From assembly GCA_028534125.1 (NCBI GenBank), contig CM052818.1:20834001-20898000 (forward strand): 64,000 nt of DNA. The letters are read 5' to 3'. This document shows positions 61,261 to 64,000 of this stretch, in pieces. The translations under genes were made by a program, and so were the position numbers. The stretch comes from Lama glama. Its lineage: Eukaryota. Every line of letters begins with the position of its first letter. Position 1 is the stretch's first letter. The notes beneath the pieces were generated by a model. That model was not told where the DNA came from, did not search any database, and saw only the letters and a program-made list of their open reading frames with translations.

Positions 61261-63120
61261 GCAACTCTAAGGCACTAAGTGGCCTCCTGAGCCAGTGTTT
61301 TTGTTTTTGAGGCCAAGGTTTGTACAGTGCTTTGGGAAGTTTCTGCCTTTTAGTTACTTTATTCATTATAAAATGCTATTCAAGGTTATAGATTTTCAGC
61401 CCATGAATATACTTTTTTGGCACTTTAACAGTTGATTGCAAGCCAGAATCATGGGGATTTGAAGGATGTTCTGCTAAATAGCCAGTTGCAGACCAGTCAA
61501 GCCAAGAGGGTAAATACCAGTGGAGTCTGCTCAGCAGGGCACGTATTATTTAGAAAGTTGTGCAAGTAAGTTGGCTGTGGCAGAGGTTGTCATGTGTCAT
61601 CTGCCCCATCAGTCAGAGCTTTAGCAGCTGTTCCCTGTCACCAGGGCCCTTATGTGCTACTGCCCATCCATCAGCACTGACAGATGCCGCTGCCTCTCCT
61701 GTGGGCTGGGGAGGCTGTGGACACACAGACGTGCAGTGTATATCTCAGTGGCTTCCAGTTGGGATGGAAGCTCATAACCGAAAAGAGAGCCCAAGCACCA
61801 ACTCCTGCATCTTTTGCTAGACTGTTAACCAAAATACATTGTTAAGAAAATAAGCTGAATTTTGGTGAATCTGTTTTTGACTAAAAATGCAGCTTTGGAA
61901 ATATATGAGGATTATTCATTTGAACCAAAGAGTTGCCTTGATTAAATGAGAGATGAGAGAGCTTTCTCCACCAGGTAACAGATTATCACTACCAGTTATC
62001 ACTGAAGAGACCTTTTCTAGTTGAACACAACAATGCAAAAAAGACTGGGAATTAGAAGCATTCCCTTTGTGATCATGCAACAACCTGCCAAGTGGGATAC
62101 ATCCCAATTCTGATCATAGACAAGCCTCTAACAGTTTCCTTTCCCTGCTTGTGTTCCAGAGACATCCTTAGAGGAAAGGGTTTGAGGGCATTAGTATCAC
62201 TGACTACTGTGTTGACATTTTTAAAGAGCCATTAATCATAGGAAATGGAACTTAATGATGTAGAAAAATATCCAGCCGAGGAATATCAGGAAAGTAAGCT
62301 ACAGCCCAATATTCAGATGAAATCGAAGGGAAATTCATCTTAACCTTTTTATTTTCCTTAATTAACTTATTACTAAACTCCAAAGCTAAGTGATTGAGAG
62401 GAGTTGTACAAGCAAGGGAAATGGTAAACGGAGTAAAGGGAAATTGAGAAGGGCAAGTATTTTTATTTTGTAAATATCACAGCTGTGTAATGTGTGAAAT
62501 AGATAAACTCTTTTCAGATTCTATAACTGAGGTCCTACTTGCTTGCGGTGCTTCCATTTTGGAAGGAAGTTACTTTTTCTTTTTGATAATCCCCGCCCTA
62601 ATTTTTTCTGTTGACTCTGAGTACTTAGTGTCCTTGACATCCTGTGGTCCATGTGTGGCTTGACTGCTGATGGAATTTGAGAATGATTAGGTTGATAGTA
62701 TGCCTGCACAGGTGACACTGATATCGTGGGCACACGGAGGTGAAGAGCAACGGTATGGCACAGGAGTAGGGTGATAAGTTTTCCTAGCTGAAATTTGGGG
62801 AAACATGAAGCAAATATAGGTATCCTTATTTAGAAAATATATATGACACCAAACTCTAATGAACATTGCGCTGTAAAACGTGTCTGATGCTGGTTCTGAA
62901 CAGGTGCTTCATTGGAAAGTAGCACAAAAACTAAAGTCATCCCCTCCCTTTTTTTCCTCCCATCTATTATGTCATGGGACCATAGTAGATTTTCAGTAAA
63001 GACCTACTGATTGATTGATATATGGATCTGAGATGAATGGATTTTAGGGTGACTTACATAAGGAGATTGTAAAATAACTAATATTATTAATGTGTGGGGG
63101 TTTTTTTTTTTCCTCTGCAG

Positions 63121-63305
63121 GTTTTTGTCATTCATTGGAGGGACATTGTGTGAGATTGGAAAGCCTGAAATGCAACAGAAAATAAATTCATTTCTTGAAA
63201 AAGAAGGAATAGAGAAGATTGCAGAAAGGTTACAAACAACAGTGCACACCTTACAGGTCATCATAGATGGCCTCAGCCAGCCTGAGAGCTTTGACTTTCG
63301 AACAG
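63121..63305 (+). CDS. SRBD1: SRBD1 internal coding exon (185 nt, phase 2 to 1): [61 protein letters not shown]
   Basis: Strong acceptor (T)11cctctgcag|G and donor AG|gtaaat. The phase is compatible with the previous exon, and it has the Tex-like TL..II..L..P..D.R motif that precedes the S1 domain. Confidence 0.95.
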
Positions 63306-64000
63306 GTAAATCATTGAACTTGAATAGCTCACGTCATCAACTATGGCCCTCATAACAGCCCTAAACCACAGGATGCCCTCTTCTCCCATTCTGTGCATGA
63401 GAAGACTAAAGCATAGTGACCTTCCTTCAAAGTCATTGCCATTAGTTCGTATCCAGAGCCAAAGCTCTGTCTCCAGACTCCTGGTCCCGTGCTTGTTTCT
63501 ATTATACTGAACGAATGCATCGTGCACGTGCTCCTGTACATGGAGGCACACATTTTTCATAACCTTTTTGTAAACCATTTTTACCTCATAAGAGCCAGAA
63601 GTCCCAAGGTAAAGCACTGAGTTCACAAACTAAAGTGAATCTTCTCCCTAAATTGCAGACTTTTAAGTTCCTGGATACTATGTCAATGCACGCACTGAAT
63701 ATTTTCCTTCTAATTAAAAGTGCTCTCAGCTTTCAGCACAGGTAGATGGTGAAGGCAGTACAACAGCCATAGTTGTTCAGAGCAGTGACCCGGTGAGAAG
63801 GAATTAAGGTATCAAATGACCTACTTCCCAAGGAAATTTGAATAGGAAGCCCTGAGATTTAAATGAATCAGCACTAGTGTCACATCAGTTGTATGACACC
63901 ATGTTTAGGGCTTGGCTTTTTTCATTCTGGGTTAGGCTGTGTTGAGGTGGTTTCTTTGAAAAGGTTTAAGAGAATTTACAAACACACCCAGTACCATTCT

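Larger units (their letters stand above)
44495..63120 (+). other. SRBD1: 18.6-kb SRBD1 intron (GT-AG, phase 2)
   Basis: gtaagt...ctgcag; the flanking exons join in frame as DIAMR/FLSF. Confidence 0.9.

Noticed and set aside
63273..63626. 117-aa antisense ORF overlapping the end of the last exon
   Set aside because: No recognisable homology or gene structure.
1..64000. Search by eye for snRNA, snoRNA, rRNA, NUMT, processed pseudogenes and CpG islands
   Set aside because: None recognised; an Rfam/Infernal and BLAST search would be needed to exclude diverged copies.

Overview
AT-rich, CpG-poor mammalian genomic DNA, probably camelid (it carries a Vic-1-like tRNA-derived SINE). The whole window appears to lie inside one + strand gene that I recognise as SRBD1, the Tex/YhgF-like S1 RNA-binding domain protein. 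Four internal coding exons are present (42058-42164, 43423-43599, 44312/44315-44494, 63121-63305). All have GT-AG boundaries and splice into one open frame covering the helix-hairpin-helix region just before the C-terminal S1 domain. The rest is intron: ancient repeats (L1M, L2, MIR, MLT1 LTRs, MER5, a Tc2/Kanga-like DNA transposon), a few young insertions, and a TE-poor stretch at about 10.4-20 kb. I found no convincing novel biological system. The best leads are a NAGNAG acceptor, two frame-symmetric exons (one with a weak donor), candidate poison or cryptic exons, a cluster of perfect palindromes plus a CTCF-like motif in the TE-poor stretch, and a perfect 53-bp tandem duplication. Repeat names come from visual recognition of consensus sequences and repeat boundaries are approximate; no database search was run.
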